A DNA stretch of 64,000 bases from Nannocystis sp. (GTDB taxonomy: Bacteria; Myxococcota_A; Polyangia; Nannocystales; Nannocystaceae): positions 1,058,522 to 1,122,521 of the forward strand of contig JADJRG010000022.1 of the NCBI GenBank assembly GCA_016712315.1, in the 5' to 3' direction. Of this stretch, positions 35,497 to 43,746 are shown in pieces. The translations under genes were made by a program, and so were the position numbers. The first letter of the stretch is position 1, and each line of letters begins with the position of its first letter. Below the pieces are notes generated by a model that was given only the letters and a program-made list of their open reading frames with translations, was not told the DNA's origin and did not search any database.

Positions 35497-36663
35497 GTGT
35501 TTTTTGCCCCGGCCCCCCCTCTCATGGCATGCCCGCTCGGTCCCTCGGCCATGCCCACCACCACCGCCCAGCGAAACGCGCGCCGCGCGAACCCGCGCCG
35601 CGCCCCGGTGATCGCGGCCCAACGCGCCCCTCAGCCCGCGTTACGACTCAGCGCCCTCTTTCGCCCTCGCGCGAGCGCCAGGCCTCGCCCGAACGCGAGG
35701 GCCCGCGGCGCCAACCGCCGCCGCCGCGACGCCGACACCAGCGCAGCTCCAACCCAGCGCCTCACCCCCGCCGTCGCCCCCCGCCTCGCGCGCCGTGCCC
35801 GCGACCTCAGCTCCTTGCTCGGCCGCTTCGGCGTCGCCCTCTGCCTCGCCTACGGCCTCCTCGTCGGCGCTCAAGCCTTCGCCGCCTACGTCACCACCGC
35901 CCCGCGCTTCGAGGCCGCCCAACTCCTCGTCAAGCCTACGCCCCACCTCAGCGCCGAGCGGATCGCCGCCCTCATGGCGATCGAACCCGGCACCAACATC
36001 CTCGCCCTCGATCTCCGCGAGCTCGAGCGCCGGATCGCCGCCGACGGCTGGGTCAGCGCCGTCGAGCTCCGCCGCGAGCTGCCCGACACCCTCCGGATCG
36101 CCGTCACCGAGCACCAGCCCGCCGCCGTACTCCTCCTCGCCGGCCGCTTCTTCCTCGTCGATCGCGCCGGTCACCCCTTCAAAATTCTCGGCCCTGGCGA
36201 GCGCGGCGACCTGCCTGTGATCACCGGCGCCTCCGCGGCCGCGCTCACCAGCGGCGACAGCGGCCCGATCCAGCGCGCCCTCGCTGCCAGCGACGCCTGG
36301 TCCGCCGCCGCGCGCCCGCCCCTCGGCGAGATCCACCTCGGCGAAGCCGGCGAGCTCACCCTCTACCCCGCCACCGGCCAGAGCGAGCTCCGCCTCGGCC
36401 GCGGCCCGATCGAAGGCAAGCTCGCCCGCTACGACGCCTTACGCGCCGCCCTCGGCGATCGCGCCGATCGCCTCGCCGTCGTCCACCTCGACGCCACCTC
36501 TGCGCCTGGCGCAGCCGAGCGGATCGTCGCCAGCTTCCTCACCCCAGAAGATGAGGCCGCAGTCTTAGGGCGCGGCGAGGCGGCCGTCGCCGCCCGCGAG
36601 GCCCCCACCACCAAGCCGGGCAAGCGCCCGAAGAAAAAAGCGCGGATCCCCCGCTACGAGTGA
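35497..36663 (+). CDS. ftsQ: Cell division protein FtsQ/DivIB (POTRA domain) with Arg/Pro-rich N-terminal extension
   Basis: TM segment LGRFGVALCLAYGLLVGAQAFAAYV, then POTRA (…LLVKPTPHLSAERIAALMAIEPGTNILALDLRELERRIAADGWVSAVELRRELPDTLRIAVTEHQP…). Start uncertain: GTG 35497 or ATG 35524/35551. It precedes ftsA by 12 nt. Confidence 0.8.
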   Translation: MFFAPAPPLMACPLGPSAMPTTTAQRNARRANPRRAPVIAAQRAPQPALRLSALFRPRASARPRPNARARGANRRRRDADTSAAPTQRLTPAVAPRLARRARDLSSLLGRFGVALCLAYGLLVGAQAFAAYVTTAPRFEAAQLLVKPTPHLSAERIAALMAIEPGTNILALDLRELERRIAADGWVSAVELRRELPDTLRIAVTEHQPAAVLLLAGRFFLVDRAGHPFKILGPGERGDLPVITGASAAALTSGDSGPIQRALAASDAWSAAARPPLGEIHLGEAGELTLYPATGQSELRLGRGPIEGKLARYDALRAALGDRADRLAVVHLDATSAPGAAERIVASFLTPEDEAAVLGRGEAAVAAREAPTTKPGKRPKKKARIPRYE

Positions 36664-36675
36664 ACGGAGCAGCGT

Positions 36676-37941
36676 ATGGCTGAGGTCGGAGAAGTCATCG
36701 TCGGTCTCGATATCGGCACCACCAAGGTCGCCGCGATCATCGCTGAAGTCACCGAGAGTGGCCTCGAGATCATCGGCGTCGGCACCAGCCCCTCCGAGGG
36801 GCTGCGTCAAGGCGTGGTCGTCAACATCGAAGCCACCACGGGCAGCATCGCCGCTGCGATCCAAGAGGCCGAGCAGATGGCCGCCGTCGACGTCCAGTCC
36901 GTCTACGTCGGCATCGCCGGCGGCCACGTCCGCGGCTTTCGCAGCCTCGGTCAGGTCAGCATGCGCAACCGCGAGGTCACCGAAGCGGACGTCGCCCGCG
37001 TGCTCGAGCAAGCCAAGGCGGTCAACATCCCCCTCGATCGGCAGATCCTCCACACCTTACCGCTCGAGTACATCATCGACGGCCAGGGCCAGATCCGCGA
37101 CCCGATCGGCATGAGCGGCGTCCGCATGGAGGTGCGCGCGCACGTCATCACCGCCGCCACCACCAGCGTCCAGAACATCATCAAGTGCTGCAACCGCGCC
37201 GGCCTCGACGTCATCGAGGTCGTCTTGGAGCCCCTCGCCAGCGCCCTCGCCGTCCTCCACGACGACGAGCGCGACCTCGGCGTCGCCGTCATTGACATCG
37301 GCGGCGGCACCACCGACCTCGCGATCTACAGCGAAGGCACCAACGTCTTCTCCTCCGTCATTGTCATGGGAGGGCACCGCATCACCCAAGACATCGCCCA
37401 CGGCCTGCACACCAGCGTCGCCGAGGCCGAGCAGATCAAGCGCAAACACGGCTGCGCGCTCGTCTCCATGGTCCAAGGCGACGAGCGGATCGAAGTCCCC
37501 GGCGTCGGTCCTCGTCCGCCGCGCGAATTCCAGCGCCGCTTCCTCGCCGAGATCATCGAGCCCCGCGTCGAAGAGATCCTCCTCCTCGCCCACGAAGAGC
37601 TCGTCCAGAGCGGCATGACCGAGCTCGCCGGCAGCGGCATCGTGCTCACTGGCGGCGCCGCCACCCTCGACGGCATGGCCGAGATCACCGAAGACATCTT
37701 TCAGATGCCCGTACGGATCGGCGTCCCTGGCCACGGGATCGGCGGCCGCCGCGGCCTCCGTCTCACCGAAGGAGGCTTCGCCGGCGTCATCCAGAACCCC
37801 AAGTTCGCCACCGGCGTCGGCCTCGCCCTCTACGGCGCCACCCACGAGCCCCTCTTAGAGACCCTCGCCGAAGCCCACGCCCGCAGCGACCGCCCCGGCA
37901 TCGGCCGCCGCCTCGCCACCTGGGTCCGCGAGATCTTCTAG
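36676..37941 (+). CDS. ftsA: Cell division protein FtsA
   Basis: MAEVGEVIVGLDIGTTKVAAII…DIGGGTTDLAIY…, the actin-like ATPase fold typical of FtsA, 421 aa. Confidence 0.93.
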   Translation: MAEVGEVIVGLDIGTTKVAAIIAEVTESGLEIIGVGTSPSEGLRQGVVVNIEATTGSIAAAIQEAEQMAAVDVQSVYVGIAGGHVRGFRSLGQVSMRNREVTEADVARVLEQAKAVNIPLDRQILHTLPLEYIIDGQGQIRDPIGMSGVRMEVRAHVITAATTSVQNIIKCCNRAGLDVIEVVLEPLASALAVLHDDERDLGVAVIDIGGGTTDLAIYSEGTNVFSSVIVMGGHRITQDIAHGLHTSVAEAEQIKRKHGCALVSMVQGDERIEVPGVGPRPPREFQRRFLAEIIEPRVEEILLLAHEELVQSGMTELAGSGIVLTGGAATLDGMAEITEDIFQMPVRIGVPGHGIGGRRGLRLTEGGFAGVIQNPKFATGVGLALYGATHEPLLETLAEAHARSDRPGIGRRLATWVREIF

Positions 37942-37975
37942 TTACTTCCAGTTCGTAACTTTCGATCAGGCCCTC

Positions 37976-39343
37976 ATGACCGCCGACGAGCAAGACCCAC
38001 TGCACCCACACGATAGGAGCGCAGAGGGCCCCTATCGTCGGCTCAAGCGCCTCACCATCGACGATCTCTTCGGCCCCAGCACCCCCCAGATCGACATCCT
38101 CTTAAGGCTCGACCAGCGCGTCACTGTGCTGCACGGCCGCAACGGCTCCGGCAAGACGATCACCCTCAACCTGCTCGCCGCCCTCTGCCGCGGCCACTTC
38201 GAGCAACTCGATCGTTACCCCTTCAGCCGCCTCGAGCTCGAGACCACCGACGGCGCCACCCTCACGATCTCCAAAGCGCTCGGGCTCATCCGTCGGCGCG
38301 CTGGAGTCGGGGAGGAATCCATCGCCACCACTCACCGCTACAAGCTCTCGCTGCCCGGCCGACCGCCCGAAGAAGGAGAGATCCCTCGCGTCCCCCCTGA
38401 GGATCTCGCCAACATCGCCAAGAAGCGCGGATTTCAGCGCAATCATCGCCATCAGTGGGACCACCTCACCGGTGATCGCGAGCGCGACGACGTCGATCTA
38501 ATCCAGGAGATCCGCGAGATCTACGGCGAGGAGGCTCTCCCGTCGCTCATCCCAGAAGACTCGCAACTCGCGTCCTTTCTCCGCACCTTGGCCCCGATCA
38601 AGTTCATCCGCGCCGATCGGCTCTACGAGCGCAACCGGCTCGGCGATCCTGAGCTGACCATCGAGCGCCTCGGCCGCGGGCTCCGACGGGTCATCGTCGC
38701 CGCGGACCGGCAGTACCGCGCGATCTCGTCGCAACTCGACTCCAGCCTCGCCAAGCGCCTCTTCGCCGCCCACAAAGATCTACCCACCCTCGACCAGCTC
38801 CGTAAGCGCTCCAGGCACCTCCACGAGCGCACGGAGCACCTCATCGAGATCGGCCTGCTACGCGAGCAGCTCGACCCCATCGACGAAGCCGCCCTCACCG
38901 AGGACCAAAAAAAGACCTTCTTTATCATCCTCAAGGATCGTGAAGAGAAGCTCGCGCCCCTCTTCCCGGTCGCGGACAAGGCTCAACGCCTGCTCGAGAG
39001 CCTCAACCGCAAGCTCGCGCCCAAGGTCGTACGCCTCGACGTCGACAGCGGCTACCAGGTCCTCAGCGCCAGCGGCGCCCCCCTCAAGCTGCGAGACCTC
39101 TCCTCCGGCGAGCAGCACGAGCTCGTGCTCTTCCACGAGCTGCTCTTCGACGTCCAGCCAGGCAGCCTGATCCTCATCGACGAGCCCGAGCTCTCGTTAC
39201 ACGTCACCTGGCAGGTCGACCTGCTCGCCGACCTGATCGCGATCGCCCGGCTCGCCGACCTCGACATCATGCTCGCCACCCACTCGCCCTACATCGTCGG
39301 AGATCATACCGATCTCATGGTCCGCCTAGGTGAGCCTGTATGA
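37976..39343 (+). CDS. ABC-type/AAA_15-21 family ATPase, PARIS AriA-like defence ATPase
   Basis: Walker A LHGRNGSGKT, signature/Q region LSSGEQHELVLFHEL, Walker B LILIDEPELSLH, H-loop LATHSP. 455 aa. The stop overlaps the start of the next gene (ATGA at 39340). Confidence 0.6.
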   Translation: MTADEQDPLHPHDRSAEGPYRRLKRLTIDDLFGPSTPQIDILLRLDQRVTVLHGRNGSGKTITLNLLAALCRGHFEQLDRYPFSRLELETTDGATLTISKALGLIRRRAGVGEESIATTHRYKLSLPGRPPEEGEIPRVPPEDLANIAKKRGFQRNHRHQWDHLTGDRERDDVDLIQEIREIYGEEALPSLIPEDSQLASFLRTLAPIKFIRADRLYERNRLGDPELTIERLGRGLRRVIVAADRQYRAISSQLDSSLAKRLFAAHKDLPTLDQLRKRSRHLHERTEHLIEIGLLREQLDPIDEAALTEDQKKTFFIILKDREEKLAPLFPVADKAQRLLESLNRKLAPKVVRLDVDSGYQVLSASGAPLKLRDLSSGEQHELVLFHELLFDVQPGSLILIDEPELSLHVTWQVDLLADLIAIARLADLDIMLATHSPYIVGDHTDLMVRLGEPV

Positions 39344-40239
39344 ACCACCCCGAGTGGGGTGTACCTCAGCCGCCCCCGCGCACCGAGTCGAAATTCTTCA
39401 ACGCCGCCCGTCGCACCGTCTCCTTGCTCGTCGAGGCCGGCATCGACGCCCGCTTCTGGCGGATCCACTGCGTCCGCGACTGTCACGTCCGCCACCACGA
39501 CCAAGGCGGCCGCGACGCCGTCTTACGCGCCCTCGACCAAGCCCGCGGCGACCCCGAGGCCGTCCTGCTCGCCGTGCTCGACGCCGACCTCGACCGCCTC
39601 GAAGGCCGCCTCGAAGACCGCGATGACGTCATCTGGACCGACGCCCACGACCTCGAGACCACCCTCTTCACCACCCCAGCCCTCGAGAAACTCGCCAACT
39701 TTCACCTCGACCCCGACAAGCTCCAGGCCGCCGAGCAGCGCTGGAGAGAGACCTTCCGAGTCCGACTCTTCCGCCACGCCGCCGGCTTCGGCCGCCTCCG
39801 CTGGTTAAAGAACCGGAGTCACGACGAGCTCGATCTCCTCGTCTTTAAAAAGATCTCAAAGCGCCAGCTCTCCTACTTCGACCGCTACAGCGAGTGCGCC
39901 GCCGCCGACTGGACCCCAGATCTCAAGATCGCGATCCGCAAGATCATCGACTACAGCAGCGCTCACTCCCTCCTCGAGCGCGACCTCGCCGCCGAGTGTG
40001 AGGCCCTCCCTGCGGCCGATCTCCACCAGCTCTGCAACGGTCACGATCTCCTCGGTCTGCTCGCGGCTGGCCTCGCCGCCCTGGGCTCCGGCAACAAGCC
40101 CAAGGCCGACGCGCTCGCCGAAGCCCTCGCGACCGCCTGCGAGCGCGCCTGGCTGCTCACCACCGCCATGTGGCGCGCCATCGAGTCATGGGAGCGCGCC
40201 CACCCTGGCTACCAGGTTCTCCGCCAGGATCCCGACTAG
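39340..40239 (+). CDS. DUF4435/TOPRIM-like protein, PARIS AriB-like putative nuclease partner
   Basis: 299 aa. It has an N-terminal LLVEAGIDARFW (TOPRIM-type conserved Glu) and AVLDADLD (DxD metal site), as in OLD-family/DUF4435 TOPRIM modules. It is translationally coupled to the ATPase. Confidence 0.5.
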   Translation: MNHPEWGVPQPPPRTESKFFNAARRTVSLLVEAGIDARFWRIHCVRDCHVRHHDQGGRDAVLRALDQARGDPEAVLLAVLDADLDRLEGRLEDRDDVIWTDAHDLETTLFTTPALEKLANFHLDPDKLQAAEQRWRETFRVRLFRHAAGFGRLRWLKNRSHDELDLLVFKKISKRQLSYFDRYSECAAADWTPDLKIAIRKIIDYSSAHSLLERDLAAECEALPAADLHQLCNGHDLLGLLAAGLAALGSGNKPKADALAEALATACERAWLLTTAMWRAIESWERAHPGYQVLRQDPD

Positions 40240-40325
40240 CCTCGCCACCCCGTGGCCACTGCGTTAGGCCGGCGCCAATTCTTCTTGAGTACCGAACCCG
40301 AGGCCGGCGCCGCAGACTCGTGCGC

Positions 40326-40745
40326 ATGTCTGAGACCGTCCACATCCCCAGCGCCATCAACAACGTCACGATCGAGTTCGCCGCCACCGTCGACCGTGAG
40401 GTCGACGAGCGGCTGGTCGAGGGGCTGCGCCACTGCATCAAGACGGACATCGCCCCGGGCTACACCTTGCACACCATCTACATCTCCTCTGCCAGCGACT
40501 CGCACGTCGCGCCGAGCCGGCACGCGCAGTCCAAGGCCGTCGACATCTCGCGGATCAACGGCAAGCGCATGTCGGAGCACTACGGCGCGGGGGGAGAGGT
40601 CACCGAGATCACCCAAGCGATCCAGAGCAGCTTTGAGACCTTCGGTCACCGCCGCGAGAATTTCGGCCCCAGCATCAAGCACAAGCTCGGCGAGTCGTAC
40701 AGCGTCGGCGGCCACGCGGATCACATCCACCTCTCCGTCGACTGA
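40326..40745 (+). CDS. Small zinc peptidase of the LAS/M15 superfamily (VanX/endolysin-like D,D- or L,D-peptidase), 139 aa
   Basis: ATG 40326 in ORF 40170..40745; the competing frame 40252..40833 is Arg/Pro/Ser low-complexity and was rejected. Motifs SRHAQSKAVD (H-x6-D) and HADHIH (H-x-H) match the LAS zinc-binding arrangement. Confidence 0.45.
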   Translation: MSETVHIPSAINNVTIEFAATVDREVDERLVEGLRHCIKTDIAPGYTLHTIYISSASDSHVAPSRHAQSKAVDISRINGKRMSEHYGAGGEVTEITQAIQSSFETFGHRRENFGPSIKHKLGESYSVGGHADHIHLSVD

Positions 40746-40846
40746 GCGCGCTGAACGCGCGCGATCTCGCCCGTCGCTGCGGGCGCCGTCGGAGCGGCCG
40801 AAGCGCTGGAGAATTTTCGCCGCGCGGGCATGATCCACCCGCCGCC

Positions 40847-42088
40847 ATGTCGTTAGCCACCCGAGAGCCCCGCGTCCTCTTCGTCATCCCTTTTTTTAGC
40901 GCCAACATGCTGCGCTGCGTCGACGCCTTGCTCGCGCTCGACGGCGTCCGCCTCGGCGTCATCTCGCACGAACCAGCCGAGCGCCTGCCGCCCGCCTATC
41001 GCGGCAAGATCGCTGGCCACTATCAGATCGCCGACTGCCTCGACGTCGACCAGCTCAGCGCCGCCGCTGCTGCCTTTAAGAAGGAGTGGGGCGGCGTCGA
41101 TCGCCTCCTTGGTTTCCTCGAGCAGATGCAGCTCCCCATCGCCGTCGTCCGCGATCGCCTCGCGATCCCTGGCATGGGCGCCGCGATCGCCCGCAACTTC
41201 CGCGAGAAGAATCAAATGAAGCGCGTCCTCGCGGACGCCGGCTTGCCCGTCGCGCGCCAGCGCCTGCTCACCAGCGGAGACGAGGCCCGTCGCTTCGTCG
41301 CCGAGGTCGGCTACCCGATCATCCTCAAGCCGCCCGCGGGCCTCGGCTCGCGCGGCACCGTCCGCGTCGGCAGCGACGACGAGCTCAGCGCCGCCCTCGA
41401 GTCGCACTTCGTCACCCCGTCCAACCCCGTCCAAGCCGAGGAGTTCGTCACCGGCGACGAGCACACCTTCGAGACCGTCAGCATCGCCGGCCAGGCGGTC
41501 TGGAGCTCCTCCAGCTACTACCTACCGCGCCCGCTCGAGGTGCTCGAGAACCCCTGGATCCAGTACTGCGTGCTCCTCCCCCGCGAGCAGCTCCAGCCCC
41601 ACGCCGCCGCCTTCCGCCCCCTCAACGCCGCCGCGCTCACCGCCCTCGGCATGGTCACGGGCCTCTCCCACATGGAGTGGTTCCTCCGCCGAGACGGCTC
41701 CATGGTCATCTCCGAGGTCGGCGCGCGCCCGCCTGGTGTTCACCTCATGCCGATGATGGGCCTCTGCCACGACGTCGACATGTGGGCCAAGTGGGCGCGT
41801 CTTATGGTGAACGGCGAGTTCAGCATGCCTGAGCGGCGCTGGTCCTGCGGCGCCGCCTTCCTCCGCGGTCAAGGCCGCGGCGGCACCGTCCGCGCCGTCG
41901 ACGGGGTCGCCCGCGCCAACGAAGCCGCCGGTCACCTCGTCGTTGAGAGCAAGCTCCCCAAGGTCGGCCAGATGAAGGCCGACGGCTATGAGGGCGAGGG
42001 ATACGTGATCGTCAAGGCGGCCACCACCCGCGAGGTCGTCGACGCCCTCCGCGCGATCGTCACCAACATCCAAGTCCAGCTCGGCTGA
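40847..42088 (+). CDS. ATP-grasp domain protein (carboxylate-amine / L-amino-acid ligase-like)
   Basis: 413 aa. The central region (…KNQMKRVLADAGLPVARQRLLTSGDEARRFVAEVGYPIILKPPAGLGSRGTVRV…) is a typical ATP-grasp B/C-domain. It is unrelated to the graspetide ligases elsewhere in the window. Confidence 0.65.
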   Translation: MSLATREPRVLFVIPFFSANMLRCVDALLALDGVRLGVISHEPAERLPPAYRGKIAGHYQIADCLDVDQLSAAAAAFKKEWGGVDRLLGFLEQMQLPIAVVRDRLAIPGMGAAIARNFREKNQMKRVLADAGLPVARQRLLTSGDEARRFVAEVGYPIILKPPAGLGSRGTVRVGSDDELSAALESHFVTPSNPVQAEEFVTGDEHTFETVSIAGQAVWSSSSYYLPRPLEVLENPWIQYCVLLPREQLQPHAAAFRPLNAAALTALGMVTGLSHMEWFLRRDGSMVISEVGARPPGVHLMPMMGLCHDVDMWAKWARLMVNGEFSMPERRWSCGAAFLRGQGRGGTVRAVDGVARANEAAGHLVVESKLPKVGQMKADGYEGEGYVIVKAATTREVVDALRAIVTNIQVQLG

Positions 42089-42138
42089 GCCCGCGCCCCG
42101 CTCTTGCGGCGCTCCGCGGGCGATGCGAGCCTCATCCG

Positions 42139-42765
42139 ATGCTCCACCGCGCCCGCCCGCACCACCACGCGCTGCCGCTCCTCTTGGCCGCCGCCTGCGG
42201 CTGGAACGATCCCGACTACGTCTACGACACCGACACCACCTCGTCATCCTCCAGCGGCGCGAGCTCGACCACCACCGACGCGAGCACCACCGCCGACGCG
42301 ACCACCGACGCGACCACCACCGAAGCGACCACCGACGCCGCCACCACCGCGGAGACCACCGGCGACGACACCACCGACAGCGGCCAAGACCAAGCCGTAT
42401 GCGCCGCGGCCGCCCCGATCGCTCTCATCGATCCGACCGCCGAACCCCAGCCCGCCCCATGGCTCCCTGGCGGCAGCATCGAGGTCGGCGTCACCCTGCA
42501 CAACACAGGAGGCGCCGACTTCTCTTGGTACCCGGGCATCGAGGTCAGCGCCGACCACCCCCTCGTCACCTCGGGCGCGCCCGCCAACTGGCTCTACGCG
42601 ATCTTCGCCGGCATGAAGACCCCGATCGCCGTCGTCTTCACCGCCGATCCTGCGATCGAGCCTGGCACCCTCGTCACCTTCACGATCCGCGGCGTCGTGC
42701 TCGGCAAGCAGTGCGAGGGCCTCGCCGAGACCACCGTGCAGGCGACGGTCACCGGCGAACCCTAG
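42139..42765 (+). CDS. Lipoprotein with Thr/Asp-rich linker, unknown function
   Basis: MLHRARPHHHALPLLLAAAC (lipobox), 208 aa. Confidence 0.65.
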   Translation: MLHRARPHHHALPLLLAAACGWNDPDYVYDTDTTSSSSSGASSTTTDASTTADATTDATTTEATTDAATTAETTGDDTTDSGQDQAVCAAAAPIALIDPTAEPQPAPWLPGGSIEVGVTLHNTGGADFSWYPGIEVSADHPLVTSGAPANWLYAIFAGMKTPIAVVFTADPAIEPGTLVTFTIRGVVLGKQCEGLAETTVQATVTGEP

Positions 42766-42809
42766 CGCGCCGCTCTCGTCGCCGATTGAGCTCCTCTCAA
42801 GGCTGCGAA

Positions 42810-43460
42810 TTACTTCGGGCAGGTCGTCTTCGAGAACCACCAGTCGGTGACCTCGTACTTCGACTGCATGCGCTGCTCCGCCGCCGCCTGTGTGAGCGGC
42901 GGCGGCACGATGCACGCGTCGCCAGGCTGCCAGCCCTCGGGCGTCGCCAAGCTGTGCTTGGCGTTGAGCTGCAGCGCCTCGACCAGCCGCACCACCTCGC
43001 CGATCACCCGCCCTGTCGTCAGCGGGTAGTAGATCATCGCCCGGACATTTTGCGCCGGATCGATCACAAACACCGCCCGCACCGCCGCCGTCGCGCTCGC
43101 GCCTGGGTGGATCATCCCGTACTTCGACGCCACGTTCATGCTCAGGTCGGCGATCACCGGAAACGTCACCGACACCCCGAAGTGGCGCTCGATCGCCCGG
43201 ATCCAGGCGATGTGGCTGTACACCGAGTCGATGCTCAGGCCGATGAGCTGCGTCTCGAGCCGGGCGAAGTCCGCCGCTGCCTTCGCGAAGCCGACGAACT
43301 CGGTCGTGCACACCGGGGTGAAGTCCGCGGGGTGGCTGAAGAGCACCACCCACTTCCCCTTAAAATCGCTGAGGCTGATCTCGCCGTGCGTTGACGGCGC
43401 CGTGAACTGCGGCGCAGGCTCATTGATCCGGGGGATTGTCGTTTGCAGAGACTCTGACAT
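42810..43460 (-). CDS. Peroxiredoxin (1-Cys/Prx6-like thiol peroxidase)
   Basis: ATG 43460 (MSESLQTTIPRINEPAPQF…) in ORF 42810..43550. Contains the peroxidatic Cys motif FTPVCTTE. Confidence 0.88.
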   Translation of the reverse strand: MSESLQTTIPRINEPAPQFTAPSTHGEISLSDFKGKWVVLFSHPADFTPVCTTEFVGFAKAAADFARLETQLIGLSIDSVYSHIAWIRAIERHFGVSVTFPVIADLSMNVASKYGMIHPGASATAAVRAVFVIDPAQNVRAMIYYPLTTGRVIGEVVRLVEALQLNAKHSLATPEGWQPGDACIVPPPLTQAAAEQRMQSKYEVTDWWFSKTTCPK

Positions 43461-43746
43461 GAACCGGGCATAACCCAGCCGCGAAGGCCCATCAAGGCGC
43501 AGAAGCGCCTCGCCCACGCCACAATGGGGGTGACAAGCCACACCCGCCACACCGACGCGACATCTGTGACACCCCTGACCTCTTTGTCATGAAGGAATCG
43601 ATGACCGCTGTAGGTGCATGAACGTCAACCTGCGATCAACACTCGCAGCAAACGACGCCTCAATAACCAAAATTACAGCTCTAGACGATGCACCCTCAAC
43701 CTTCGCGCTTGCGCCTCGCGATCGTTTTCTTCTACACCAGAAGGTG

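Noticed and set aside
40252-40833. Alternative frame 40252..40833 overlapping the M15-like peptidase gene
   Set aside because: Ser/Pro/Arg/Thr low-complexity translation; the 40326..40745 frame has balanced composition and the LAS zinc motifs.
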